Source of the DNA: Hemiscyllium ocellatum
Taxonomy: Eukaryota
DNA length: 64,000 nucleotides
Direction: 5' to 3'
NCBI RefSeq assembly: GCF_020745735.1
Contig: NC_083428.1
Coordinates: 43,778,217-43,842,216, forward strand
Shown one piece after another: positions 61,563 to 64,000 of the stretch. Positions within the stretch are counted from its first letter, which is position 1. Each line of letters begins with the position of its first letter. The position numbers and the translations under genes were made by a program. The notes under the pieces are model-generated. The model saw nothing but the letters and a program-made list of their open reading frames with translations. It searched no databases and was not told where the DNA came from.

Positions 61563-63760
61563 GTAGGAGAAAGTGAGGACTGCAGATACTGGAGATCCGA
61601 GTTGAGGGTGTGGTGCTGGAAAAGCACAGCAGGTCAGGCAGCACCCGAGGAGCAGGAGAATCAATGTTTTGGGCAAGAACCCTTCATCAGGAATGAGGCT
61701 TGTGAGCTGAGGGGAAGGTAGCTGATAGGGCGAAAGGTAGATGGAGATGGGGGACGGTAATGGTGATAGGTCAGAAAGGATGGTGGAGCAGATAGCTGTG
61801 AAGGAAGATGGACAGGTTGTGAGGGCAGTGCCGAGTTGAAAGGTTGGAAACCACATTTATCCCATGTGGTTGCAGGGTTTCAAGGCGGAAGATGAGGCAT
61901 TTTTCCTCCAGGCGTCAGGTGATGAGGGTTTGGCAATGGAGGCGGCCCAGGACCTGCATGTCCTTGGCAGAGTGGGAGGGGCGAGTAGAGGACGTCTACT
62001 TGCAGAGTGCTTCAGTGAACATCTCTGGGACACCACCAACTAATCCCACCGCCCCGTGGCCAAACTATTTAACTCCCCCCTCCCACTCTCGACACAGGAC
62101 CCAGAGTTTAGTCTATGTCCAGTTACAGTTTTGGTTACAATTTCAATCAGACTCTCTTTATCCAGTTGCTCATTGTGTTTGCTAACACTCCCTCATGATC
62201 TCTTGCAGCATCATCTATTGTACGGTTCCTGTCTGCAGTCAACACAATCTCCTCCTTTTCTGCCAAGAGTCTCAGGTGGTACTTCTGACTTCCCTGCCCC
62301 CTCCAATCCACACGGATTGAGAAAGAGATTGTCCCCACGCTCTATCTCCTCTCGCATTTTCCAAAAGGACCCAAGTTCTCTTTACATCGGCCAACCCAGT
62401 GTACATTCCAATCAATTCTTCCTGGGGGAAAGCAAATTATTGTCTCTACATAGACTGCAGCTTGCTCCAATCTTGGAATAAACTTGTGGAAGCAACAAAC
62501 CTAAGTGATTCATGCCAAAAAGTTAAAACTCAAAACAATTGCAGAAAATACAAAAAAAAAGGTTGAACATTTCCAATTGCTCTGCCTCTGCCGCATCTGT
62601 TCCCAGGATGACCAATTCCACCTTAGAAAGTCCAAGATGGCCGTCTCCTTCCAAGGTCACAACTTCCCTTCCCACATTGTTGACGATGCCCTCCAGTGCG
62701 TCTCTTCCACTTCACACACCACCGCTCCTGAACCCCACCCCACTGTCCTCACCTTCCACCCCACAACCTCCGCATACATTTCATCATCCTCCGCCACCTC
62801 CAAACAGACCCCACCACCAGAGAGATATTTCCCTCCCCACCCCTAAGGCGTTCCGGAGAGACCATTCCCTCCGTGACTCCTTCGTCAGGTCCGCACCCCA
62901 CACCCCGCTCCTAGCACCTTTCCCTGCCACTGCAGGAAGTGAGAGACCTGCACCCCACACCACTCCCCTCACCTCCGTCCAAGGCTGCAAAAGATTTTTC
63001 CATATAGAACATAGAAAGATACAGCGCAGTACAGACCCTTCAGCCCTCGATGTTGCGCCGATCCAAGCCCACCTAACCTGCACTAGCCCACTTTCCTCCG
63101 TATGCCTAACCAATGCCCGTTTAAATGCCCATATCTGTCAGAAATTCACCTGCACCTCTCCCAGTGTCATCTATTGCATCCATTGTGGTCTCCTCTACAT
63201 CGGGGAGACAGGACGCCTTCTTGCGAATCATTTCAGAGAACCTCTCTGGGACACACTCACCAACCACCGCCCTGTGGCTGAACACTTCAACTCCCCCTCC
63301 CACTCCGTCAAAGACATGCAGGTCCTGGGCATCCTCCACCACCAAACCCATTACCACCCGACGCCTGAAGGAAGAACGTCTCACATTCCGCCTTGGGACC
63401 CTGCACCCACATAGGATAAATGTGGATTTCAACAGCTTCCTCATTTCCCCTCCCCTGTTATCCCAGTCCCAAGCCTCCAACTTGGCACCGCCCTCTTGAT
63501 CTTTCCATCACCTTTCCCATTTATCTACTCCATGCCCCCATAACCTTCTCCCTCACGTTCATCCACATATTGCTTTCCCAGCTAACCCCACCCCATCCTA
63601 CCACCCTTCCCATTTATCTCTCAGCTCCTGACTGACGAGCCTCATTCTTGATGAAGGTCTTATGCCTGAAACGTTGATTCTCCAGCTCCTTGGATGCTGC
63701 CTGACCTGCTGTGCTTTACCAGCGCCACACTTCTTCAACTCTGACCCTCACTTTCTCCCA
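61563..63760. mobile_element. Inverted pair of Penelope-like fragments (minus 61563-62000, plus 62570-63760) with a nested CR1 tail (63005-63130)
   Basis: SVIYCIHCGLLYIGETGR (GIY-YIG); the two outer ends are reverse complements; nested insert has CCATAT duplication. Confidence 0.8.
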
Positions 63761-64000
63761 TTCAACACTAGTCAGTGTTTATAGCAGCATATTGATTCCT
63801 AGCTCTCTCGTTGTTTACCCACCCCCCCCAACCCCGATCCCCACTCTCTCAAGAATGCACAACCTTTCAACCCTTTTTTTGTATTTTCTGCAATTGTTTT
63901 GAGTTTTAAGTTTGTGGCTTTGCGTAACTTTTTGGCTTCCACATTGGTGGCTTCCACAAGTTTATTCCAAGATTGGAGCAAGCTGCAGTCTGTGTAGAGC

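Noticed and set aside
61660-63680. Further hammerhead-like motifs (61660, 63645; also 4387, 35529, 46052, 59160)
   Set aside because: Core nucleotides mutated or deleted (for example GAAA to AAAA/GGAA/TAAA, CUGA to UUGA); treated as relics.

Overview
Eukaryotic genomic DNA from a cartilaginous fish. HE1-type V-SINEs, HER1/CR1 LINEs and shark-type C2H2 arrays suggest a shark; the exact species is not determinable from the window. Three genes are visible. (1) The last 11 coding exons of a kinetochore NDC80/HEC1-family gene on + (706-29956), with phase-consistent GT-AG splicing. (2) A two-exon, effector-less C2H2 zinc-finger gene on - (CDS 41494-42534, putative non-coding exon 1 at about 46721-46860). 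(3) The first four coding exons of a TSPAN3-group (tspan37-like) tetraspanin on + (48783-61495). The ZNF and tetraspanin genes are divergent around a GC-rich region that holds a 50-bp Sp/KLF-box minisatellite, an assembly gap and G-rich repeats. The rest is mostly decayed CR1 LINEs, V-SINEs and Penelope-like elements (PLEs). The most notable signal is a set of short, often fold-back PLE-derived insertions carrying minimal type I hammerhead ribozyme motifs. Several have intact cores and lie sense within introns, and two are inserted into the hammerhead core of another PLE. There are also several local templated duplications. Repeat boundaries are approximate and were read by eye.
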